Shown here in pieces: positions 13,219 through 24,093 of a stretch of DNA of 64,000 nt (the stretch's first letter is position 1; each line of letters starts with the position of its first letter). The stretch comes from Mobula hypostoma (taxonomy: Eukaryota). The stretch is taken from the NCBI RefSeq assembly GCF_963921235.1, contig NC_086101.1:2296001-2360000 (forward strand), read 5' to 3'. The notes below the pieces were generated by a model. The model was not told where the DNA came from and made no database searches. It saw nothing but the letters and a program-made list of their open reading frames with translations. The position numbers and the translations under genes were made by a program.

Positions 13219-13290
13219 GTTGCTAGGTAACTCTCACTTCCGCTCCTCACCGGAAACGACGGCTTCTATGCCCCACCCTATGTGACGTCA
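13219..13290 (-). promoter_or_regulatory. Putative NME5-like promoter: RFX X-box, ETS/GABP site, CRE
   Basis: GTTGCTAGGTAAC 13219-13231; CACTTCCG 13235-13242; TGACGTCA 13283-13290; CpG-rich context ~1.4 kb upstream of the ATG exon. Confidence 0.7.
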
Positions 13291-13358
13291 TCCACTTCGC
13301 GATTTCGTCACCAAACCGCCACAACCGGGTTTCTGCCGGATCATCGCGGATCGGCGGC

Positions 13359-14140
13359 GTGAATCTGTCCCGGTCCGATGTCCGGATTAAATCTCGCACC
13401 ATCCCCCGCGTGAATCTGTCCCGGTCCGATGTCCGGATTAAATCTCGCACCATCCCCCGCGTGAATCTGTCCCGGTCCGATGTCCCGATTAAATCTCGCA
13501 CCATCCCCCGCGTGAATCTGTCCCGGTCCGATGTCCCGATTAAATCTCGCACCATCCCCCGCGTGAATCTGTCCCGGTCCGATGTCCCGATTAAATCTCG
13601 CACCATCCCCCGCGTGAATCTGTCCCGGTCCGATGTCCGGATTAAATCTCGCACCATCCCCCGCGTGAATCTGTCCCGGTCCGATGTCCGGATTAAATCT
13701 CGCACCATCCCCCGCGTGAATCTGCCCCGGTCCGATGTCCCGATTAAATCTCGCACCATCCCCCGCGTGAATCTGTCCCGGTCCGATGTCCCGATTAAAT
13801 CTCGCACCATCCCCCGCGTGAATCTGTCCCGATTAAATCTCGCACCATCCCCCGCGTGAATCTGTCCCGGTCCGATGTCCCGATTAAATCTCGCACCATC
13901 CCCCGCGTGAATCTGTCCCGGTCCGATGTCCGGATTAAATCTCGCACCATCCCCCGCGTGAATCTCTACCGGTCCGATGTCCGGATTAAATCTCGCACCA
14001 TCCCCCGCGTGAATCTGTCCCGGTCCGATGTCCCGATTAAATCTCGCACCATCCTCCGCGTGAATCTATCCCGGTCCAATGTCCCGATTAATTCACCACC
14101 ATCCCCGGCGTGAATCTGCCCCGGTCCGATGTCCCGAAGA
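13359..14140. repeat. Homogeneous CpG-rich 51-bp tandem repeat, ~15 copies
   Basis: Unit GTGAATCTGTCCCGGTCCGATGTCCSGATTAAATCTCGCACCATCCCCCGC; one 38-bp deleted unit at 13818. Confidence 0.97.
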
Positions 14141-14154
14141 AATCACGCACCATT

Positions 14155-15625
14155 GCCGGCGTGCAAGGTTGAAGAGCTTGCCGTCGGACCTGGTGTGTAG
14201 GTATACCCCGTCATCAGATGTCCTGAAAGCGCACAACAGTTCGAGGGAGAAGATGATCCTGAAGAGCGTCGGGGCATGGACGCAACCCTGTTCCACTCCG
14301 CTTCGGATGGGGAAGGGCTCTAAGGATGATTCATCGAGTTGTACTGTCCCCTGCATGCCGTCATGGAAAGAGTCGATGAGATTCAGCAGCTCAGAAGGGC
14401 ATCCGATCTTCTTCAGGAGTGCGAAGAGGTCTCTTCTGCTAACCAGGTCGAAAGCCTTGGTCAGATCGATAAACCATATAACAATTACAGCATGGAAACA
14501 GGCCATCTCGGCTCTTCTAGTCCGTGCCGAACTCTTACTCTCACCTAGTCCCACCGACCTGCACTCAGCCCATAACCCTCCATTCCTTTCCTGTCCATAT
14601 AGCTGTCCAATTTAACTTTAAACAACAACATCGAACCTGCCTCTACCACTTCTGCTGGAAGCTCGTTCCACACAGCTACCACTCTCTGAGTAAAGAAGTT
14701 CCCCCTCATGTTACTCCTAAACTTTTGCCCTTTAACTCTCAACTCATGTCCTCTTGTTTGAATCTCCCCCACTCTCAATGGAAAAAGCCTATCCACGTCA
14801 ACTCTATCAATCCCCCTCGTATATAGGCAACGTACAGAGGCTGTTTCTGTTCCCAGCTCTTCTCCTGTAGCTGCCTGAGTGAGAAGATCATGTCGATGGT
14901 GGGTCTCTCTGCTCTGAAGCCACACTGGGACTCAGGGTAGGCGCGTTGTGCCAGTGTCTGCAGTCGCTTCAGAACCACTCGGGCAAATGCCTTGCCAATG
15001 GTGTTGAGCAGGAATATGCCTCTGTAATTGTTACAGTCGTTGTGGTCTCCCTTATTCTTGAACAATGTGATGATGTTTGAGTCTCGCACGACTTGGGGAA
15101 CTGATTCCTCCTCCCAGCACTGACAGAGCAGCTGGTGAAGATGGCTCAGGAGCACTGGATCACTTCTGCAGGGGTGCTGTCGTTGCCTGGTGCCCTGCCG
15201 TGAGCAAGCGAGTCGATGGCCTTGCTGAGTTCTTCCTCCGTTGGGGGGTAGGTCCAGCTCTTTCATGACGGGTAGGGCAGGGGTACTGGCGAGGGCTGAC
15301 TCAGTGACCATGTTCTCAGTGGAGTACAGGTTCTGGTAGTGCTCGGCCCACCTCTCCATCTGCCTGGCACGGTCTTTGATGACTTCACTGTCCTTGGACT
15401 TCAACGGAGCCATCTTGCTAGCGGTGGGCCCGAAGGCTTTCTTCATCCCCTCATACATGCCTTGCACGTTGCCACTGTCGGCGCAGGTCTGGATATTCTG
15501 GCACAGGTTCTGCCAGAAGTCAATTGCCATCCTTTGAGCTTTGTTTCTTGCCATTCTCAGTGCAGTGAGATTCTTTTCTGACGAGTCTCCTTTGTAGTTG
15601 ATCAGAGCTTCCCTCTTGGCATCAA
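14155..15625 (-). mobile_element. RTE-clade LINE reverse transcriptase fragment, interrupted by a CR1 piece
   Basis: ERWAEHY, FKNKGD..DCNNYRGIFLL, PESQCGFRAER..DMIFSLRQLQEK, FIDLTKAFDLVSR, GVEQGCV.APTLF, RSDGKLFNLAR. Confidence 0.9.
14535..14820 (-). mobile_element. CR1 3' fragment nested in the RTE
   Basis: RGIDRVD...FFTQRVVAVWNELP peptide. Confidence 0.85.
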
Positions 15626-15639
15626 TATACGCACATTAA

Positions 15640-15995
15640 GCAACCACAACTCACCACGTAGGTAATTGATGACAGGCAGTGAAAAGAACTGACAGGCACA
15701 ATAGCAAAAGTAAAATGTTCAGCACTTTATTAACAACGAATTACCAACATCCATTCCGTGTTGACTGTTACAATTTGTAACAGAGTTGTAACTTGAAACA
15801 CTGATAATGTAAATATGTGAAACTCTAAAATGTTTCAAAGTAAAGGTTGTGGTACTTATATTAATATAGAGAATTTCACAATTATATTAAAATAGATTTC
15901 AAAATTGTATTAACATTACATAAAAAGAACATTTCAGCTGTGTGCGTGGGAGCATTTCAGTTCCTGCACAACCACGCAGCTTTCAGGGAACGGTA
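15640..15995. mobile_element. Possible DNA transposon (hAT-like) end fragment
   Basis: AT-rich stretch ending ...ACGCAGCTTTCAGGGAAC, resembling recalled GCAGCTTAGAGGGAAC termini; no partner terminus seen. Confidence 0.3.
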
Positions 15996-16029
15996 ATCCT
16001 AGGCTCAATGCCCCGTGTTGGGAGGTAGC

Positions 16030-16590
16030 TCCGGCACTCTGAGTATTTGGATTTGATGGCTCTGGGCGGGGTCTTGCATGTTGAGTTGGCGATAAGGAAA
16101 GCGACTGCAATATTAACATTCATTTCAGCAGGACTACAATACAAGCAAGGGATATAATGTTGGGACTTTATAAAACATTGGTCAGACCGCACTTGGGTCA
16201 TTGTGGGCAGTTTTAGATCCCCGATCTAAGACGTATTGGCATTGGAGATGGTCCTGAGATCCACAAAAATGGTAATCCATGCAGAGCGTTGGTGGCCCTG
16301 GGTCTGTACTCGCTGTAGTACAGAAGAATGGGGGGGGGGGCGGAATTGACTTGAAACCTATTGGAAGTCCTAGATAGAGTGCATGTGGAGAGGTTTCATG
16401 CAGATGGGGAGTCTAGGACCAGAGGGCATGACCTCAGAATAGAAGGATGCCCATTTAGAACAGATATGAAGAGGAATTTCTTTAGCCAGGCAGTGGTGAA
16501 TCTGTGGAATTCATTGCCGCAGACGACAGTGGAGGCCAAATCATTCAGTATATTTAAAGCAAGAGATTGATGCGTTCTTGATAAGTCAGG
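16030..16590 (+). mobile_element. Degenerate CR1 3' fragment
   Basis: RTRGHDLRIEG...FFSQAVVNLWNSLP peptide. Confidence 0.8.
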
Positions 16591-16594
16591 GAGT

Positions 16595-17610
16595 CAGAAT
16601 GAGAATCAGGTTTATTATCACCGGCATGTGATGTGAAATGTGTTAACTTAGCAGCAGCAGTTCCATGCATAACATAATCTAGCAGAGAGATAAAAATAAT
16701 AACAATAAATAAAAATGAAACATAATAATAAATAAACAAGTAAATCAATTACATGTATTGAAAAGATGCCCTGGGTGCTGGAGGTCTTTAATAATGGACG
16801 CTGCCTTTCTGAGACACTAAAGATGTCCTGGGTACTTTGTAGGCTGGTGCCCAGGATGGAGCTGACTAGATTTACAACTTTCTGCAGCTTCTTTCAGTCC
16901 TGTGCAGTAGCCCCCCCATACCAGACAGTGATGCAGCCTGTCAGAATGCTCTCCACTGTACAACGAGAGAAGTTTTTGAATGTATTTGTTGACATGCCAA
17001 ACCTCTTCAAACTCCTAATGAAGTATAGCCGCTGTTTTGCCTTCTTTATAACTGCATCAATATGTAGGGACCAGGTTAGATCCTCAGAGATCTTGACACC
17101 CAGGAACTTAAAACTGCTCACTCTCTCCACTTCTGATCCCTCTATCAGGATTGGTATGTGCTCCTTCATCTTACCCTTCCTGAAGTCCACAATCAGCTCT
17201 TTCATCTTACTGACACTGAGTGCCAGGTTGTTGCTGTGACACCACTCCACTAGTTGGCATATCTCACTCCTGTACACCCTCTCGTCACCACCTGAGATTC
17301 TACCAACAATGATTATATCGTCAGCAAATTTATAGATGGTATTTGAGCTATGCCTAGCCACACAGTCATGTGTATACAGAGAGTAGACCAGTGGGCTAAG
17401 CACACACCCCTGAGGTGCGCCAGTGTTGATCATCAGCGAGGAGGAGATGTTATCACCAATCTGCACAGATTGTGGTTTCTGGTTAGGAAGTCGAGGATCC
17501 AGTTACATAGGGAGGTACAGAGGCCCAGGTTCTGCAACTTCTCAATCAGGATTGTGGGAATGATGGCATTCAATGCTGAGCTATAGTTGATGAACAGTAT
17601 CCTGACGCAA
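16595..17610 (-). mobile_element. Rex1/Babar-type LINE RT and 3' end
   Basis: TGAPQGCVLSP..YTHDC...KFADD...ESILTGCITVWYG; tail AATAAACCTGATTCT. Confidence 0.88.
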
Positions 17611-18584
17611 GATCCAGTGGCAGAGTAGACTCAATGAGCCCAATGGCCCAATTCTGCTCCTATCTCTTGTGGGCCAATGGAACTGGGTTATGTAATTGTG
17701 AATGCGTACGTGGCTGATTCTGCAATGCCACGGCTCTTGATGGGACTAGACCAGGTTTGCTCTGGGTCTGTGGTCTGTGGAGCCAGGAAGGCGGGGGACT
17801 TCACCTCCACCCCGTTACGTCTGCTGTTTCCCCGACAATGTACTGGGAGCAACACTGCTGCTGTCCTGGTTTGCAGAGAGCCCCCCTCAGAACACAGAAC
17901 AGTATGGCACAGGAACAAACTCTATAGAGCCCAATGTTGTGCCCGACTAGTTAGTAATCATGTGGTCGACTTTCTGCCTGCACAATGTCCACATCCTTCC
18001 ACTGTCCTCACATTCGCTTCTACTGTATCTGCCCCTCGACCAGCACCCCAGGCAGAGACTTTACACTCAACACTAACCCCTCCCAGCTACAATGCATGCC
18101 CTCTGGAAATAGACATTTCAACCCTGGGGTAAAGATACCGTCTGTCTACGTCTCTCTTAGTCTTATCAACCTCCAGCAGATCCCCCCCTTCACCTCCGCC
18201 ACTCCAGAGAAGTCAACCCAATCTTAGCACATGCGCTGGATCCTGAAGCTGGTCTGCACCCTCTGGAACACTTGGAAAGGGGAAAGGGAGAAGGGAATGC
18301 TCCAGACTGGACCGGCGGATGAGAGACAAACAAACCCAACCCGCTGTCGTGCTGTGCCTTACCTTGTTGTGTTTAGTGTCTGTTCTCTCGTTTTGTGGCC
18401 CTTCCTGGCTTGTTATTTTGCATTATTTCCATTACTGAAGTTATCGTTTACTGTTAAGTTGTTTCTACTATTCGGGGTTTGGGTCACGTTTCCTCTACAT
18501 TTCCTGACAGGTGGTGACTGAACGGTGCTCCTACTCTCGGTTTGTAGGGAGTTTCCTGCAAAACTCTAACAGCTTGTGAGAAAC

Positions 18585-19170
18585 CATAAGGCCATAAGAC
18601 ATTGGAGCAGAATTAGGCCATTTGGACCCATCGAGTCTGCTCCGCCATTTAATCATCACTGATCCTTTTTCCCCTCCTCAAACCCAGTTCCTGGCCTTCT
18701 CCCTGTAACCTATGATGGCCTATCCCATCAAGAACCTACCAACCTCTGCCTTAAATACGCCCAAAGACCTGTCCTCAACAGTTGTCTGTGACAAGAAATT
18801 CCACATTCACCATCCTCTGGCTAAAGAAATTTCTCCGCATCTCTGTTTTGAATGGACTCCCCTCTATCCTGAGGCTGTGCCCTCTTGTCCCAGACTCTCC
18901 CACCTGGGGAAACATCCTTTTCACATCTACTCTGTCTGGGCCTTTCAACATTTGAAAGGTTTCAGTGAGATCCCCTTTCATCCTTCTGAATTCCAGCGAG
19001 TACAGACCCAGAGCCATCAAACGTTCCTCGTATGATAACCCTTTCATTCCTGGAATTATCCTTGTGAACCTCCTCTGGGCCCTTTCCAATGCCAGCACAT
19101 CTTTTCTAAGATGAGAAGCCCAGAACTGTTCACAATACTCAAGGTGAGGCCTCACCAGTGCCTTATACTG
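18585..19170 (-). mobile_element. CR1 3' fragment
   Basis: VRPHLEYCEQFW...QRRFTRIIPG peptide; (CTTATGG) tail. Confidence 0.88.
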
Positions 19171-19585
19171 GGAGGGGGAGGGGGAGGGGAAAGAGGTGGG
19201 GGGGGGGGAAGAGGTAGGGGGAGGGGAAAGAGGTAGGGGGAGGGGAAAGGGGGGGAAAGAGGTAGGGGGAGGGGAAAGAGGTAAGGGGGAGGGGAAAGAG
19301 GTAGGGGGGAGGAAACACCCGAGAGACATTCTGTAATGATCAATAAACTAAATGTTTGTAATCAAGTGATTCTGCTGGTGCCTCAGGGCTGGGTGTGTCG
19401 GCACCCACACCACCCCCGCCACCTGTCCCACACCCCTCCGTGACACACCACCCCTCCACGTAACCCACACCCCTCCGTGACACATCACCCCCGCCACCTG
19501 ACCCACACCCCTCCGTGACACACCCCCACGTGACCCACACCCCTCCGTGACACACCACCCCCACCACCTGTCCCACACCCCTCCA
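19170..19585. repeat. G-rich purine repeat (19170-19310) and short ~37-bp minisatellite (CCCACACCCCTCCGTGACAC..., 19400-19585)
   Basis: Directly visible units. Confidence 0.8.
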
Positions 19586-20386
19586 TTTGAGGTCTCAGGT
19601 TGTGCCCATTGACAACGGGGGCGGGGGGCAAGTTTTACTTGTTGAGGACAGTAATGCAGGTGTACGCACATGTCGGCACGAACACCACGCCGACACACAC
19701 AAAACACGCACGTAGCGGCAAGCATCACGCAGACACACACACAATGGATCCGCAAATGTTCCTCGTGTGAGATGTGGGAAATTTGGGAGACCTCCTGAAT
19801 CCCTGATAACTACATCCGCGTGAGGTGCACCGAGCTGCAGACCATATTAAGGAACTGGAGCTGAAGAGGTGATGGCTGCAGGACGGTCATCCTAGGTTGC
19901 AGGAGGCAAGTACCGACTGCCGGGAGAGGGAACGGGGAGCCAGTTCAGAGTGCCCCTATGGCCAGTCTCCTCACTAACACCGCTTTGGATTTTGTTGGGG
20001 GTGGCGGTTGCAACAACCTGGCCTCTGTTCTGTGGCTCAGAAGGGAAGGTGCGGGAGAAGAGTTCAGTGGTGATACAGGATTCATAATTAGATGAGCAGA
20101 AATCAATGGTGTGGACATGTAAGAGGACCCGTGTGGCTTGTTGCCTCCCAGGTGCCAGTCAGAAATATCTCGGACAGCGTCCAGGGCATTCTAAAGCAGG
20201 GGACCGAACAGCCAGGAGCTGTGGTACACAGAGGTGATAATGGCATCTGGTGGGAAAAGGAGAAGATCCTGAAGAGACAATATGGAGATTTAAGTAAAGA
20301 ACTGAAAAGCAGAGTAGTAATCTCTCGACTGTTGCCGGTGGGGGCACGAATCAGTTCAAGGAACAGGGGTTCAGATTTCGGGACCA

Positions 20387-20835
20387 TTGGAATCTGTCTG
20401 GTGTGGAGGGGCTACTGCACAGGACCAAATGAAGCTGCAGAGGATTGTAAATGTAGTCAGCTCCATCTTGGGCACTAGCCTACAAAGTACCCAGGACATC
20501 TTCAGGGAGCGGTGTCTCAGAAAGGCAGCGTCCATTATTAAGGACCTCCAGCACCCAGGGCATGGCCTTTTCTCACTGTTACCATCAGGGAGGAGATACA
20601 GAAGCCTGAAGGCACACACTCAGCAATTCAGGAACAGCTTCTTCCCCTCTGCCATCCGATTCCTGAATGGACATTGAACCCTTGGACACTACCTCACTTT
20701 AAAAAAATATACAGTATTTTTTGCACGTTTTTATACGGTAATTGATTTACTTATTTAGTATTTTCTCTTCTATATTATGTATCGCATGCTGCCAAATTGA
20801 AGAATTTCACGTTGGTGATAACAAACCTGATTCTG
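20387..20835 (+). mobile_element. Rex1/Babar-type LINE 3' fragment
   Basis: KAASIIKDLQHPGHGLFSLLPSGRRYRSLKAHT..FRNSFFPSAIRFLN. Confidence 0.88.
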
Positions 20836-21993
20836 TTGGGGAAGGCAAAAGCTGTACAAAAAGAACACCTTGGGAGGTCTGCCAGAGCTGATGGGGTGGG
20901 TTGAAACTAATTTGGCGCGGGGGTGGGGACCAGCCTGGTAGGGCTGAGGATGGGGCAGTTTTATACAAGGACAGGCAGATGACAGGGCAAGATTACAGTT
21001 AGTGGGATGAGTTAAAGTGTAACAAAGGGGCAAATCAAAAAGGGTAATGAACACAGCATTGAAGGTGTTGTGTCTGAACACACGCAGCAAACGGAATAAA
21101 GTTGATGACCTTGTAACGCAGTTAGAGATTGGCAAGAATGACGCTGTGGGCATCTGAGTCGTGGTGGAAAGAAGATTATACCTGGGAGCTTAACGTCCAA
21201 GGATACACATTATGACAAAATGATATACAGGTAGGCGGGTGGCGAGGCTCTGTCTCTAATAATAAAATCAAATACTTGGAAAGAGGTGACATTGGATTGG
21301 AAGATGAAGGATGCTTGTGGGTAGAGTTAAGAAACTGCAAGGGAGTTTTATACCGGCCTCTGAACAGGAGCCAGGTTGTGGGCTACAAATTACAACGGGA
21401 GAAAGAAAGGGCGTGTCAAAAGGGCAATGTTACAAAGTCATGGGGGATTTCAATAAGCAGGCGTCGTGCACTGGGAAAATTAGGTTGCTGTCGAGACAGC
21501 TTTTAGAGCAGCTTGCCGTTGAGTCTACTCGGGGAACGGCAATTCTGTAATGGGTGCTTTGTAAAAGAACTTTTGGGATGCAGTGACCATATTCGAGAAT
21601 TCACCCTACAGTTTGAGAGGAGATCAGTATTACAGTGCAGTAAAGGGAATTACAGAGGCACGAGAGGAGCTGACCAAAATTGATTGGAAGGGGGAGACCA
21701 GCAGGACAGCAATGGTTGGAGTTCATGAGGGAAATTCAGAAGGCGGCGCAGTATAGATACATCCCAAAAAAGAAATATTCAAAAGGGAGGATGACACAAC
21801 CGTGGCTGACAAGGGAAGTCAGACAGCATGAAACCAAAAGAGAGGGGATACAACACAGCACAAATATTGCGGGAAGTTAGAGGATTGGGAAGCTTTAAAA
21901 ACCAACAGCAGGCAACTAAAAAGCCAAGGAGAGCAAAGATTAAATATGATAGTAAGCTAGTCAAGGTTACCAGAAGTTTTTTTTTCCCAGATA

Positions 21994-24093
21994 CAGTGCC
22001 TATAAAAAGTATTCACCCCCCCACTCCCCTTGGAAGCTTTTATGTTTTATTTTTACAACATTGAATCACAGCGGATTTAAGTTGGCTTATTTCACATTGA
22101 TCAACAGAAAAAGGCTCTTTCATGTCTAAGTGAAAACAGGTCTCTACAAAAGTGATCTAAATTACAAATATAAAACACAAAGTAAGTATTGTATAAGTAT
22201 TCACCCCCGTTAATATGACACACCAAATCACTGGTGTAGCCAATTGGTTTTAGAAGTCTCATAATTATTTAACGCAGAACTGTTTTTAGAGACCTGTGTA
22301 CAGTCAAGATGTTTTAACTGATTGTAGGAAAAGTACACCTGTATCTGGAAGGTCCAACTGCTGGTGAGTCAGTATCCTGGCAAAAAGTACACAGTGAAGA
22401 CGAAAGAATACTCCAAGCAACTCTGTGAAAAGGTTATTGAAAAGCACAAGTCAGGAGATGGATACAAGAAAATTTTCAAGTCACTGAATATCCCTTGGAG
22501 TACAGTTAGTCAATCATCAAGAAATGGAAAGAATATGCCACAGCTGTAAATCTGCCTGGAGCAGGCCGTCTTCAAAAACTGAGTGACTGTACAAGGGGAC
22601 CAGTGAGGGAGGCCACCAAAAGACCTATTCTATGACAGCTCTGGAGAGCTACAAGCTTCAGTGGCTGAGATGGGAGAGACTGTGCGTACAACTGTTGCCC
22701 GGGTGCTTCACCAGTCACAGCTTTGGGAGTACAAAGAAGGTTCACTAGATTGATTCCTGGGATGGCAGGACTTTCATATGAAGAAAGACTGGATGAACTG
22801 GGCTTGTACTCGTTGGAATTTAGAAGATTGAGGGGGGTTCCGATTGAAATGTATAAGATCCTAAAGGGATTGGACAAGCTAGATGCGGGAAGATTGTTCC
22901 CGATGTTGGGGAGGTCCAGAATGAGGGGTCACAGTTTGAGGATAAAGGGGAAGCCTTTTAGGACCGAGATGAGGAAAAACTTCTTCACACAGAGAGTGGT
23001 GAATCTGTGGAATTCTCTGCCACAGCAAACTGTTGAGGCCAGTTCATTGGTTATGTTTAAGAGGGAGTTAGATATGGCCCTTGTGGCTACGGGGGTCAGG
23101 GGGTATGGAGGGAAGGCTGGGTTCTGAGTTGGATGATCAGCCATGATCATAATAAATGGCGGTGCAGGCTCGAAGGGCCGAATGGCCTACTCCTGCACCT
23201 ATTTTCTATGTTTCTATGTTTATGGGACAGTGGCAAAGAGAAAGCCACTGTTGGAAAAAAAACTCACATGAAATCTCAGCTAGATTTTGCCAGAATGCAT
23301 GTGGGAGACTCTGAAGTCAGCCGGAAGAAGGTTCTATGGTCTGATGAAACCAAAATTGAGCTTTTTGGCCATCAGACTAAACACTATGTTTGGCGTAAGC
23401 CAAACACTGCACATTATCAAAAACTCACCATCCCTACCATGAAGCATGGTGGTGGCTGCATCATGCTGTGGGGATGCTTCACTATAGCGGGCCCTGGAAG
23501 GCCTGTAAGGTAGAGGGTAAAATGAATTCAGTGAAATACAGGGAAATCCTGATGCAGTCTGCAAGAGAACTGTGACTTGGGAGATCTGTTTTTCAGCAAG
23601 ACAATGACCCCACACATAAAGCCAAAGCTACACAGGAATGGCTTTAAAAACAACAAAGTTAATATCCTGGAGTTGCCAAATCAGAATGCAGACCTCAATC
23701 CAATTGAGAATTAGTGACTGGACTTAAAAAGGTCGGTTCACTCATGATCCCCATACAATCAGTTTTGTAAAGAAAAATAGGGGAAAATTGCAGTGTCCAG
23801 ATGTGCAAAGCTGATAAACCCAAGGCTGTAATTGCTGCCAAAGGTGCTACCATCTGCTAAATACTGACTTGAAGGGGGTGAATACTTGTGCAATCAATTA
23901 TTTTGTGTTTTACATTTGTAATCTAGATCACTTTGTACAGATCTGTTTTCACTTTGATGCAAAAGTGTCTTTTTCTGTTGATCAGTAACAATAAAACCAA
24001 AATAAATCCATTGCAATTCAATGTTGTAAAACAATAGAACATAGAAGCTTCTGGGGGGGGGGGGGGCCCCCTGAATACTTTTTATAGACAGAG
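21994..24093 (+). mobile_element. Tc1 DNA transposon (IR/DR type), defective, containing a CR1 insertion
   Basis: TA|CAGTGCCTATAAAAAGTATTCA ... TGAATACTTTTTATAGACAGAG|TA; inner repeat AAGTATTCACCCC ~22196; transposase pieces [45 protein letters not shown]. Confidence 0.93.
22722..23224 (+). mobile_element. Young 5'-truncated CR1 inserted in the Tc1 transposase
   Basis: Uninterrupted ORF2 C-terminal peptide; CTATGTTTCTATGTTT tail; very similar to the 60138-60718 copy. Confidence 0.92.

Noticed and set aside
13359..14140. CRISPR-like array or 17-aa repeat protein
   Set aside because: Units are head-to-tail with no unique spacers, no cas genes, eukaryotic context; the frame breaks at the 38-bp unit
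17677..18521. ORFs of 151, 96 and 80 aa in unique-looking DNA
   Set aside because: No recognisable motif or splice structure; partly CR1 debris
19580..19645. Minus-strand peptide VKLAPRPRCQWAQPETSNG resembling RNF5 exon 4
   Set aside because: The true exon 4 is at 38640-38694; this lies downstream of the stop and the similarity is weak and Pro-driven
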